Shown here one piece after another: positions 9,679-19,739 of a stretch of DNA of 41,751 nucleotides; within the stretch, counting starts at the first letter, position 1, and every line of letters starts with the position of its first letter. Position numbers and translations under genes: made by a program. This DNA is from an uncultured Flavobacteriaceae bacterium (lineage in GTDB: Bacteria > Bacteroidota > Bacteroidia > Flavobacteriales > Flavobacteriaceae), in contig CAYTRI010000003.1 in assembly GCA_964440105.1 (NCBI GenBank), positions 5,545 through 47,295 on the forward strand, written 5' to 3'. Under the pieces are notes generated by a model. That model had not been told where the DNA came from. It made no database searches and saw only the letters and a program-made list of their open reading frames with translations.

Positions 9679-10704
9679 ATGAAAATATTAGTTACTGGTG
9701 CCGCAGGTTTTATTGGTTTTCACGTAATAAAAAGTCTAATAGAATCACAGCACGCCGTAATTGGTCTTGATAATATAAACGATTACTATGATGTTAATCT
9801 TAAGTATGCACGAATTAATGAATTAGGAATAGCTCGAAAAAATGCGGAACAATTTAACACAATAATTAAGAGTAAGAATTATTCTAATTTTAGGTTCATA
9901 CGAAGCGATATTACAGATAACGATATATTATCAAATCTGTTTGACGAGGAACGTTTTGACATAGTTTGTAACCTCGCGGCACAAGCAGGTGTTCGATATA
10001 GCCTAGAAAATCCAAAAGCTTATATTGATAGTAATATTGTTGGATTTGTAAATATTTTGGAATGCTGTAGGCATTACCAAGTAGAACACTTGGTATACGC
10101 CAGTAGTTCAAGTGTCTATGGAATGAATAAAAAAGTTCCTTTTGCAACCACAGATAATGTAGATCATCCAATCAGTTTGTATGCAGCTTCCAAAAAGAGT
10201 AATGAACTAATGGCCTATACCTATTCCCATTTGTATGGGTTCCAGACTACAGGATTACGCTTTTTTACTGTATATGGACCTTGGGGTCGCCCCGATATGG
10301 CTATGTTTCTGTTTACCAAAGCTATACTTGATAAAAAACCAATCAATGTATTCAATAATGGTGATATGGAAAGGGATTTTACCTATATCGATGATATTGT
10401 CAAGGGTGTGGTCAGAATAATAGAAAATAAGCACACTCTTAATTACGACAAAACAAAAAAATACAATTTATATAATATAGGAAATAATAAGTCTGTTAAG
10501 TTATACAAATTTATAGAGGCCATAGAAAATGAATTAGGAATAGTAGCAGATAAGAATCTCATGCCTATGCAACCTGGCGACGTTGAGAAAACATGGGCAG
10601 ATGTTGATTCGTTAATTAGGGACTTTGATTATTCCCCCAACACACCAATTAAAAGAGGGGTGGCCAAATTCATCAACTGGTATAAAAAATTCTACACGGT
10701 ATAA
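9679..10704 (+). CDS. NAD-dependent UDP-glucuronate 4-epimerase (CapI/GAE family)
   Basis: TGAAGFIG, NLAAQAGVRYS, YASSSSVYG, YAASK, RFFTVYGPWGRPDMA, MQPGDV. Confidence 0.92.
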   Translation: MKILVTGAAGFIGFHVIKSLIESQHAVIGLDNINDYYDVNLKYARINELGIARKNAEQFNTIIKSKNYSNFRFIRSDITDNDILSNLFDEERFDIVCNLAAQAGVRYSLENPKAYIDSNIVGFVNILECCRHYQVEHLVYASSSSVYGMNKKVPFATTDNVDHPISLYAASKKSNELMAYTYSHLYGFQTTGLRFFTVYGPWGRPDMAMFLFTKAILDKKPINVFNNGDMERDFTYIDDIVKGVVRIIENKHTLNYDKTKKYNLYNIGNNKSVKLYKFIEAIENELGIVADKNLMPMQPGDVEKTWADVDSLIRDFDYSPNTPIKRGVAKFINWYKKFYTV

Positions 10705-10988
10705 AAACTAGGATACAACACTTTAGTTGCTAATTGTGGTAATTTATTTAGGAAGTACTTATAACAAAAATTACATTTCATCGTTATTTATTGATTGTTA
10801 TGGTAATTTTCGTTTATGAACAAAAAACTTTCGCAACTTTGCTACTTAAAATTTTGAGCATGAACATTCTGGTAATTAAAACCATTGAGTGTCTTTTGCA
10901 AAATTAGATGGAGACCTAAATTGCCATCTTAATTGGTAGTTAGAATAATATAAAATAATCTAGAAACTTAGTAAATTCAACAAAAGTA

Positions 10989-12317
10989 ATGAAATTAACA
11001 GTAATTGGAACCGGATATGTTGGTCTAGTAAGTGGCACTTGTTTTGCCGAAATGGGCAATAAAGTCACATGTATAGATATTGATAGTGATAAAATAAACA
11101 AACTAAAGGAGGGTATTATCCCAATATATGAGCCTGGCCTAGAGCAAATGGTGAAACGCAATGTTGAAAACAAAACCTTAAAATTTAGCACTAAACTATC
11201 CGAAAATCTAGATAAATGTGATGCTGCTTTCATTGCTGTAGGAACTCCTATGGGGGAAGATGGTTCTGCAGATTTAAAATATGTCCTTGGAGTTGCAAAA
11301 GAGATTGGGATGCATATGACAACTCCGTTAGTTGTTGTGGATAAATCTACTGTTCCTGTAGGAACAGCTGATAAAGTTAGAGATGCAATATCGCAAGAGT
11401 TGGTAAAAAGAAAAGTAGAGATTGAGTTCCATGTGGTATCCAATCCTGAATTCTTAAAAGAAGGAGATGCTATCAATGACTTTATGAAACCAGACCGAGT
11501 GGTAGTAGGATCTGATAGTGAAAATGCTACAAAAATAATGAGGAACCTTTATGCTCCATTTTTTAGGAGTAGTACAGACCGTCTGATTACTATGGATGTA
11601 AGATCAGCAGAGATGACTAAATATGTAGCTAATGCCATGTTGGCCACCAAAATCTCGTTCATGAATGAGATTGCAAACATTTGCGAATTGGTAAATGCAG
11701 ATGTAAATAAAGTTCGTGTAGGAATTGGTTCGGATAGCAGAATTGGGTATAGTTTCATCTATCCAGGTAGCGGTTATGGAGGCTCTTGTTTTCCAAAAGA
11801 CGTAAAAGCCTTAAAAAAGACGGCTGAACAGAATGGATATTCTCCTAAATTAATTAAAGCGGTGGAGGATGTAAATGATCTTCAAAAATTAGTGATTGCA
11901 AAAAAAGTCATCACTAGGTTTGGTGAAGATTTAACTGGAAAAACTTTTGCAATATGGGGACTTTCGTTTAAGCCAGGGACTGATGATATGCGAGAAGCAC
12001 CAGCCATTTATATTATAAAAGAATTAACTAAAAGAGGTGCAAAAATTAATGCTTATGACCCAAAAGCGATTGATGAAGCTAAGCACTTTTATCTTAAAGA
12101 TGTACCCAATGTAGAATATTTTACATCTAAATACGAAACGCTTTCAGATGCTGATGCCATGATATTACTCACCGAATGGAAAGAGTTTAGATCTCCTGAT
12201 TTTGAGGAATTGAAAAAGCAATTAAAACATCCTATTGTTTTCGATGGTAGAAATCAATATGATTACGAAAAAATGCATGCTAATGGATTTGAATATTTCC
12301 AAATCGGTAAAAAATAA
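10989..12317 (+). CDS. ugd: UDP-glucose 6-dehydrogenase
   Basis: GTGYVG, AVGTP, KSTVPVGT, NPEFLKEG, catalytic GYGGSCFPKD, FKPGTDDMRE. Confidence 0.95.
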   Translation: MKLTVIGTGYVGLVSGTCFAEMGNKVTCIDIDSDKINKLKEGIIPIYEPGLEQMVKRNVENKTLKFSTKLSENLDKCDAAFIAVGTPMGEDGSADLKYVLGVAKEIGMHMTTPLVVVDKSTVPVGTADKVRDAISQELVKRKVEIEFHVVSNPEFLKEGDAINDFMKPDRVVVGSDSENATKIMRNLYAPFFRSSTDRLITMDVRSAEMTKYVANAMLATKISFMNEIANICELVNADVNKVRVGIGSDSRIGYSFIYPGSGYGGSCFPKDVKALKKTAEQNGYSPKLIKAVEDVNDLQKLVIAKKVITRFGEDLTGKTFAIWGLSFKPGTDDMREAPAIYIIKELTKRGAKINAYDPKAIDEAKHFYLKDVPNVEYFTSKYETLSDADAMILLTEWKEFRSPDFEELKKQLKHPIVFDGRNQYDYEKMHANGFEYFQIGKK

Positions 12318-12500
12318 TTAAAACACTAAAATTTTTGATATCACGGTTATGGATATGTAGACTTGCTTTTGGAAAAATTATTAGCTATGAAAAACATATT
12401 ATTACCATTTTTTGAAATCAATTCGAGTTGGGTAAAGTAAATCATGGTTATTATCTACAATACTTTAGAGAGATTTGAAAATTATTCTAAATCTCTCTTA
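12318..12500 (+). pseudogene. Decayed 5' remnant of a WbpO/TviB-like nucleotide-sugar dehydrogenase
   Basis: From 12345 reads GYGYVDLLLEKLLAMK..FFEINSSWVK*I..NTLE, resembling the family N-terminus GLGYVGLPLARLFATK..FDINQSRI.EL..TTLE as recalled. No start codon, a frameshift and an internal stop. Confidence 0.55.
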
Positions 12501-12506
12501 TAAGTA
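12461..12506 (+). terminator. Stem-loop downstream of ugd (possible terminator or mRNA-stability element)
   Basis: Perfect 10-bp inverted repeat AGAGAGATTT (12467-12476) / AAATCTCTCT (12489-12498), extendable by TACTT/AAGTA. No classical U-tract. Confidence 0.4.
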
Positions 12507-12731
12507 TGTGGAGAAATAAGAATTTAATTATTACATATTTATAATTATTAGACTTTGCAACTACAAAATAAAACTATATTGCGTAAGAATTAGATAATTT
12601 AATGATAAGCATTATAATTGTTAATAGTAGATAAATCCTAAGTATATAGTAATATATATTTAGTAGAAAAATAACATATAAACAATAATATCAAATTTGG
12701 CAGAACTTGGTATCAAAAATAAAGTAACATA

Positions 12732-14576
12732 ATGTGTGGGATTTTTGGCATTATAAATTTAGATAAGAAGAAATTTGTTTGTAAGGAGAAAACGTTAAAA
12801 TCAATTGAAAAAGTTAAACATAGAGGCCCAGACTTTAGACAAGCCGAATTAATTACACCCTATGTTGGTCTTTCCCATGCAAGATTGTCTATTTTAGATC
12901 TCTCAGAATCAGCAAATCAGCCTTTCAACTATCTAACATTGACCATTATTTTTAATGGCGAAATTTTTAATTATATAGAATTAAAAGAAGAGCTTCAAGT
13001 TGCAGGCTACAAATTCAAAACCGCTTCAGATACTGAGGTGGTAACCGCTTCGTATCATTTATGGGGTGAAGATTGTGTGAGTAAATTTAATGGAATGTGG
13101 GCCTTTGCAATATACGACAAAGAAAATGATACTCTTTTCTGCTCAAGAGATAGATTCGGCATAAAACCCTTTTACTATACCATCTTTGAGGGTAACCTAT
13201 TATTTGCCTCAGAAATTAAATCTATTTTAGAGTATTATCCAGAATTAAAAAAACCAAATTATGATGCTATTTCTGCCTTTTGCAGGGAGTCAGTCGGAGC
13301 ACAGAATACAGAATCTTGGTTTGAAGGCATATATAGATTACCATCTGCTCATAACTTAATTATCACAAAAGACGGATATGACATATCTCAATATTGGGAC
13401 TATCCAGATAAAGTTGACAAAAACCTCAGTTGGCCAGACGCACTTGAAAACTATAAGAATCTATTTAATGATGCCATTAAAATAAGACTTAGAAGTGATG
13501 TACCCTTAGGGGCTACATTATCTGGAGGTTTAGACTCAACATCTATAGTATGTAGCGTAGATAAAATTTTCAAACAGGAAATAAACACATATACAGCTAG
13601 CTTTCCAGAAGAAAAATATGATGAATATAAGACCGTTGATTCTTTAAGCAAGGATTATAATTTTCTATCCAATAGGGTGATTGTTGATTATGAAGATTTT
13701 TTACCAAGGCTAAATCAATTAATTTATCATCTGGAGTCTGGACATGCATCTCCGGCAATATTTCCTCTGAGTAAAATTAACAAAAAAGCTAAAGAAAAGC
13801 TTACAGTTATACTTGAAGGCCAGGGGGCAGATGAACTTTTGGGAGGTTATCTTGACTCCATATTTATTGACCACCTTATTGATTTAATAAGTTCGCTTAA
13901 ATTCAAAAGAGCAAAACATAATTTAAGTGAATTTAAATCGGCTTGGTCACTTAAAACGGCAATATTACTTTTTGGAAGGCTCCATTTGCCTAGATGGGCA
14001 AAATCATTATACAGAAAACTAGATGGGACTGAATTTGTATATTCTGATAATCTTAAACGATACAATAAAACTACTGCCAAGGTTCCAAAACTCAGATTCA
14101 ACAGAAAAGAAACTCGGGTAAATAAGATGCTAAAAAAACAGCATAAAACAGGACTTGAAAATTTATTACACTACGGAGACGCCATATCAATGATGTATTC
14201 TTTAGAAAGTAGATTACCCTTTATGGATTATAATTTGGTAGAATTCGCTTTTAAACTTCCTTCACAATTTAAAATTCAAAAAGGTTTTGGTAAGTATATA
14301 CACAGAAAAGCCATGGAAGATGTTCTTCCAGATAGTGTTATCTATGATAGAAGTAAAATTGGGTTTAAATCGCCAATAGAAAAGGTGATTCGAGAAAACA
14401 AAAATGTTCAGGATATCTTATTGAGCGATAGTTTAAATAATAGAAAACTATTTAATAGAAATGTCCTAGAAAAATTACTAAAATCAACAATATCAAAAAA
14501 GAAGGATCATTCAAGATTATTATTTAGGATTTTGGAAGTAGAGATATGGTTTCAAACTTTTATAGACAAAAAATAG
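12732..14576 (+). CDS. asnB: Asparagine synthase-like glutamine amidotransferase (AsnB/WbpS-type), probably sugar amidation
   Basis: N-terminal MCGI nucleophile, HRGPD, RLSILD, FNGEIFNY, RDRFGIKP, LSGGLDS, GQGADELLGGY, SLESRLPFMD. Confidence 0.93.
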   Translation: MCGIFGIINLDKKKFVCKEKTLKSIEKVKHRGPDFRQAELITPYVGLSHARLSILDLSESANQPFNYLTLTIIFNGEIFNYIELKEELQVAGYKFKTASDTEVVTASYHLWGEDCVSKFNGMWAFAIYDKENDTLFCSRDRFGIKPFYYTIFEGNLLFASEIKSILEYYPELKKPNYDAISAFCRESVGAQNTESWFEGIYRLPSAHNLIITKDGYDISQYWDYPDKVDKNLSWPDALENYKNLFNDAIKIRLRSDVPLGATLSGGLDSTSIVCSVDKIFKQEINTYTASFPEEKYDEYKTVDSLSKDYNFLSNRVIVDYEDFLPRLNQLIYHLESGHASPAIFPLSKINKKAKEKLTVILEGQGADELLGGYLDSIFIDHLIDLISSLKFKRAKHNLSEFKSAWSLKTAILLFGRLHLPRWAKSLYRKLDGTEFVYSDNLKRYNKTTAKVPKLRFNRKETRVNKMLKKQHKTGLENLLHYGDAISMMYSLESRLPFMDYNLVEFAFKLPSQFKIQKGFGKYIHRKAMEDVLPDSVIYDRSKIGFKSPIEKVIRENKNVQDILLSDSLNNRKLFNRNVLEKLLKSTISKKKDHSRLLFRILEVEIWFQTFIDKK

Positions 14577-15232
14577 TGCCGTTTCATAAAATGGGTGAAA
14601 ATTGAAATTTAGGGGACTCAACTTAAAAAGATTCATTTTATTAAAGGAAATCAAAATGTTGTAAGTCTAGTTTAGACTCATTATTATAACACTAACCTCA
14701 AAAGTTAAGTGTGGTAATATCTCAAAAACCTTAAATCCAAAAGGGTAAAATAAAATAGTCTCGTTTATGTCTTTTAGAAAATACTTTCCGTAGAGCCTTA
14801 TATCTTGCCTAATGATAAAAACAATTTCAGTAAGTATATATTGGGACTGAATCCCAAAGAGCTTAAATTTTCATAAGTAACTCACGATTCTTATGCCATG
14901 CCCAAAGGTAAATCAATATATCTTTTTTCCTACTTTTTTTGGAAACTAAAATATAGTATTTAATCTATTATTCTTTATTATCCTGTAAAGTGGAGTTGTA
15001 TTTACAATGTCAACGATATCTACAAACATTCTAACAGAACATTAGTTTTTCCGTCTTGGATTACCATCACCATTAGTCTTCCACCAATAGCAATACATAA
15101 TTCCAGAGATTAAAATTATAAGTTAAACTCCAATGTGTTGGAAAAAAATTGTAAATCTGGAAGTTACCAACAATTCATATTGACAGAAAAAACTAGTACT
15201 CAGTTTTTCCTGTTTTAAAACCATAATTTTGC

Positions 15233-16726
15233 TTAATTACTTGGATCAAGATCTTGATAAGTTCCTCCTGGTCCAGTCCAAATTTTATAATTATCAAAAT
15301 AAAGGTCACCTGTTGGCTCGTTCACTCTTGCCCAATACGGTCCAATTTTAGGTGTAATAATCCCCTCTGTTTCTTGTCCGTGTTTAGAATATCTATAAGT
15401 TGTAGTTCCTACATGGTCAATTATTTTTTCGCCGTTTACCCAGATTTCTATATATCCATCACTTTTAGGGTCAAATCCCCAAGCCCTTGCTAGCTCAGAA
15501 GTATCTGGACCATTATAATTTTTGCCGAACGCACATTTTTGATGGATTACAATATCAATCCACTCTCCTTGGTTATAATCGAAATACACTGATTCTGTAT
15601 TAGATCCGGCACCGTTTTGAGGAAGAGTATCAACACTATTCACATCTGTTGCTAGACTGAAATATAATTGATTTTCTTTACCCTCATCACCTCCTTGTCT
15701 TAAACTAAGTGTGTTGACCCTATTACTATTACTTCCAGTTCTAGGTCTGTTCTGTATTATTATTCTATCACTTGGTAACTTGTTTTCAACATATAGGGAG
15801 AAGCTCATCCAATGCTCCCTGAAACTTAATGCGTTATTACTTCCAAGTTCGTTTCTAAATATGTCATTATTGTAACTTCCCAACCAAATAGCCCTACCTC
15901 CATTACGCCCAGATTTTAAAGGTGAATCGGGATGATCAGTAGTTCTTGGCGCTCCGTGGTCAACTTCCCATACCCCTGCAGGTGGCTCTTCACCGTTCCC
16001 TCCCCATTGGTCGTCTGTCTCAAAATCTGTGTAAAAACTTACTGCTGTAGGCAAGCCTGTATTTGGGTCTATTGTACTACCATCTTCGGAAGTTCTTACT
16101 CCAATATCCTCAAGTATGACGTTTTTGATTTCAAAAACATCTCCATTACCATCACCTCCAAAAACAAGATCATTACCTCCAGGACGACCTTCGCCGTTAA
16201 ACTCTACCACATAAGTTTGAAAATCAGTTGTTAAGGCATCATCAAAAAAACTCAAGTTCCTTAACCCTGCTCTAAGCACATCTTGACCTGAAACTCTTCT
16301 AGCCTCAAATGTTAGTCTGTATCGGCGTGATATAAAAAATAGGTCTAACGATATATCATGATATGATGCTGACCAATTGGAACGACTACTTTGTATTCTG
16401 CCACTTGTAATTATCCTTAAAATCCCACCAGTGGCTGTACTACCATTCAATAACTCCCATTCATCTGAATTTTCAAAAGTTCCATTTAATAATAAATTAA
16501 TACCATCTCCTTCTTTTGCATCACTTGTATCTTCTTCGTTACTTGCCTCTTCTTCGTTACTTCCGTCCGATTCATCACTACTTGTATCCTCTAGAGGAAG
16601 TGTTTCTTCTGGATTTAAAAGGACATATTCATTAAATAAATCTGAATCTTTACTACAACAAGTAAGACATGGTATACAACAAATAAAGAATAATAATACT
16701 AGCGGATGTGGGGTGAAAAATTTCAT
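15233..16726 (-). CDS. Predicted lipoprotein: acidic linker, CBM-like module, C-terminal polysaccharide-lyase-like beta-jelly-roll domain
   Basis: Signal peptide ending in Cys followed by SKDSD; D/E/S-rich linker; NLLLNGTFE (CBM4/9-like start); C-terminal GEWIDIVIH..DGYIEIWVNGEKII..KIGPY..LYFDNYKI resembles PF14099/heparin lyase I-like folds. ATG at 16726 preferred. Confidence 0.65.
   Translation of the reverse strand: MKFFTPHPLVLLFFICCIPCLTCCSKDSDLFNEYVLLNPEETLPLEDTSSDESDGSNEEEASNEEDTSDAKEGDGINLLLNGTFENSDEWELLNGSTATGGILRIITSGRIQSSRSNWSASYHDISLDLFFISRRYRLTFEARRVSGQDVLRAGLRNLSFFDDALTTDFQTYVVEFNGEGRPGGNDLVFGGDGNGDVFEIKNVILEDIGVRTSEDGSTIDPNTGLPTAVSFYTDFETDDQWGGNGEEPPAGVWEVDHGAPRTTDHPDSPLKSGRNGGRAIWLGSYNNDIFRNELGSNNALSFREHWMSFSLYVENKLPSDRIIIQNRPRTGSNSNRVNTLSLRQGGDEGKENQLYFSLATDVNSVDTLPQNGAGSNTESVYFDYNQGEWIDIVIHQKCAFGKNYNGPDTSELARAWGFDPKSDGYIEIWVNGEKIIDHVGTTTYRYSKHGQETEGIITPKIGPYWARVNEPTGDLYFDNYKIWTGPGGTYQDLDPSN
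16531..16566. repeat. 18-bp imperfect tandem repeat (2 copies) within the acidic linker
   Basis: CTTCTTCGTTACTTGCCT / CTTCTTCGTTACTTCCGT, encoding the repeated SNEE. Confidence 0.7.
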
Positions 16727-17275
16727 AATATTAAATAGATTAAATTTTATAATAAGATTTGGATAGTAAAAATATTTAAATTTCAATAATCATCGACATA
16801 TTACATGCATTTTTCGATGAACTACCCAAATAATACTTAATCTTTAACGTAACTAACTATAACTTTGGATTTCGCTGTTTTATTTATTCGACGAAATACA
16901 CTATTTTTTAACAAATAGCTTTGATTTTTAGGTAGAATCGCCAAACTCTAATTAATAACTAAAGAAGAAATAAGTCCTGATTAATGATGGTTGATAAGGT
17001 TTAAAAATTCAATACGTATTCAATATCAAACAATAAAAAGGAATTTTGAGATATATAAAATTCATACCATTAATGTTCACTATTTAAATAAGGTAGTCTT
17101 GTCTAGGCGTTTCATTGTAAAAAGTTTATATACCAAGTAATTCTTAATTTATATACTTTTCATTATTGATGTAAAAATAATTTTTAAGTTTTTTGATGGT
17201 TTAACTGCCAGTAATAAGTTCAAATTTCACATACTAAACTTGACTATTCATATTAGATTTTTTATCTATTTACTG

Positions 17276-18232
17276 CTATGAAAGAAGAATTGTAGGGAAT
17301 AATCTATCGTCTTTATTTTCAGAAGGTTTACCATAAGTTTCAAGATACCATTTATTAAAATAGCCTCCATATTGGTTAGCAAGGTTTAAGCTCATATCAT
17401 GGTACATTTCCTTTATCAAGGTCAAAACTACAGGAGGGCAATCTAGTTCTATAGATTTGTTCACCACTTTTTTTATTGCCGAATCGTCAACATTAGATAA
17501 TTGTTCTGGCTTTTCCTCAGATTCGTTATTAGGAGAAATAAATTGTATCACCTCCTCCAGTAATTGCTCCGGGGCATCTATTATCGCATCAAAAAAACCA
17601 ATTAATAATTGCTCTTTAGGAAAAACACTAGTGAAATTACTTATGGTGCGTGCATAGTTAGACCTTAATTCCTGACCTTCACTTTGCATAAATGCAATGA
17701 TTTCACTCTCTTCGACGCTATCAAGAGTAAATCCTTTAATACGCTTTTTAGTATGCCTAAAATGAGACCAAGCTCTATCAACGGGGTTTCTAAGCATTAA
17801 AACTAATTTAGCGTCAGGAGCCATGGTATACATTCTAGTTATATCCTCCTTGCTTAGCATAGAATAGCTAGGAGTTATCTCCCCTTTTATTCCCTTAAAC
17901 GGTGCAAAAATAGATATGTACCATTTATCACTATAATTAGAAAAATACCATTTGAAAGTAAATAATATATGCTTCATTTTTCCCTTAAGCAATGAGTGTA
18001 TGATTGATCTTGTAGCTCCTTTTAAGTAAGATACACTGGTAATCCTATCCTTTACCTTAGTTTTTGATAACATATTTGGCGAGGCATATTTGGTATCCCT
18101 GTCAAAATAATGAAATTCTTTTACCGGGGGAATCGCAAAACCCGGTGTTTTGGATAAATTATAGTATAACCATGAGGTCCCAGCTTTTTGAGCTCCTATA
18201 CCCCAGAAATTAATTGGTGATTGTTCTTTCAT
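17276..18232 (-). CDS. PAPS-dependent sulfotransferase
   Basis: 5'-PSB loop GIGAQKAGTSWL, KEFHYFD, GEITPSY, 3'-PB motif LRNPVDRAWSHF. Confidence 0.9.
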   Translation of the reverse strand: MKEQSPINFWGIGAQKAGTSWLYYNLSKTPGFAIPPVKEFHYFDRDTKYASPNMLSKTKVKDRITSVSYLKGATRSIIHSLLKGKMKHILFTFKWYFSNYSDKWYISIFAPFKGIKGEITPSYSMLSKEDITRMYTMAPDAKLVLMLRNPVDRAWSHFRHTKKRIKGFTLDSVEESEIIAFMQSEGQELRSNYARTISNFTSVFPKEQLLIGFFDAIIDAPEQLLEEVIQFISPNNESEEKPEQLSNVDDSAIKKVVNKSIELDCPPVVLTLIKEMYHDMSLNLANQYGGYFNKWYLETYGKPSENKDDRLFPTILLS

Positions 18233-18281
18233 AATTAAAATTCAAAATATTTATAATTCTATATTATTTAAGATAAGGGCA

Positions 18282-19739
18282 TTATCCTTTATTCAACATA
18301 TTTCTAATTGCCGATTCTAAATATATTCCAAATACCTTGGGTTTAAACTTCAACAAACCAGCACATACTATCAGTAAACCTAACGTAAATACAATAAACA
18401 TTGTAACATCAGTTTTTCCCCATAAATTAAACACATATTTATAGGTAAAGATTAAAATACCTAGATACAGTCCCAGTTTTAATCCTGATAGCAGTGGCTT
18501 TAAAAAATATTCTCCAATAGTTCCCTTAAAAACATTTTTTACCAAAACTATCATCATTAAATAATTTATAAAGTGACTTATAACGATTCCAACAGCAGCA
18601 CCATTGATACCGTATAAATAACCCAAAGTACCAGAAAGTATTATAATGATTACAGTAAAAATGTATTTGCGAGTGACATTTTTGTAAATAAGACCTTGTG
18701 CCCTAATAACTGCATCTGTCATTTTTCCTGAATTACTAAAAGTCAGAATTAGAAGCATAATTTGTAGAGGAATGACAGCCTCTGACCACTTTGCCCCCAT
18801 CAGAATTTGTACAATTTCAGCTGAAAAAAAAACTAGTAAAACCGTGGTGGGAATCATAATTGAATTGCTTAATCCCAAACCAAATTTGTAAATATTAATC
18901 AATCTTTCCTTCTCGTCTTGGATTTCAGACATTACTGGAAACATAACTTTATTGATTATGGTTGCAAGAAATTGACTGGGTATGTCCTTTACCCTTGAAG
19001 CTCTCTCATAAATACCTAGTAAATCTGGCATAAATATTTTCCCAAAAATCAGATTCAACCCTCTACTCGACAAAAAATTACTAAATGTTAATAACATCAT
19101 ACCAGAACCAAAACCAAACAACTCACGGGCTTCTTTATAATGTATGTTTGGACTTATTTTTATAGGAGCTAAATAAAATAAAGCTATTCCGCTTAGCAAA
19201 GAGACAATCAGGGTTGCAATAACAAGAGACCATACTCCATAACCATTCATAGCCAAATAAACACCTATACTATAACCAATTATATTTGATGTAATATTAA
19301 CTATCGCAACATTTTTAAAAAAGTAATATTTATGTAATAAATTAACTGATATATTACTCAGTGCAAGTAATATGATGTTCAAAGAAGATACTTTTATGAG
19401 ATTTTCTAACCTAAGGTCATTGTATGCCGAAGCAATAAGTGGAGCTATAATATAAAAAACGAAATACAGTATGAGACCTATAAGAAGGCTCGTTTGCAAA
19501 GCACCATTAATATGTTTATTGTCTATTTCTTTTCGTTGTATTAATGCAGAACCCATACCGCCCTGCATAAAAATATTTCCTACTCCTATAATTCCATTGA
19601 CAATAGCCATAAGACCGTAGTCTTCTTTAAATAAAAGTCTGGTCATTATAGAAAAGTAAAGAATCTGTAAAACGCTTAGAGATAGAACAGAAAATGACTG
19701 CCATTTACCTGCGTTCTTAATTTTACCGCTAAGACTCAT
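18282..19739 (-). CDS. wzx: Oligosaccharide flippase (Wzx, WzxC-like MOP family)
   Basis: Many TM segments; RLL..EDYGLMA, GMGSALIQRK, GYGVWSLV, VMFPVMS, MGAKW. Confidence 0.9.
   Translation of the reverse strand: MSLSGKIKNAGKWQSFSVLSLSVLQILYFSIMTRLLFKEDYGLMAIVNGIIGVGNIFMQGGMGSALIQRKEIDNKHINGALQTSLLIGLILYFVFYIIAPLIASAYNDLRLENLIKVSSLNIILLALSNISVNLLHKYYFFKNVAIVNITSNIIGYSIGVYLAMNGYGVWSLVIATLIVSLLSGIALFYLAPIKISPNIHYKEARELFGFGSGMMLLTFSNFLSSRGLNLIFGKIFMPDLLGIYERASRVKDIPSQFLATIINKVMFPVMSEIQDEKERLINIYKFGLGLSNSIMIPTTVLLVFFSAEIVQILMGAKWSEAVIPLQIMLLILTFSNSGKMTDAVIRAQGLIYKNVTRKYIFTVIIIILSGTLGYLYGINGAAVGIVISHFINYLMMIVLVKNVFKGTIGEYFLKPLLSGLKLGLYLGILIFTYKYVFNLWGKTDVTMFIVFTLGLLIVCAGLLKFKPKVFGIYLESAIRNMLNKG

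Noticed and set aside
10940-11476. 178-aa antisense ORF
   Set aside because: Shadow of the conserved ugd gene on the opposite strand; no family motifs.
16916-16923. TAGCTTTG promoter-like box on the plus strand
   Set aside because: Points antisense to the operon with no downstream gene; expected by chance in AT-rich DNA.
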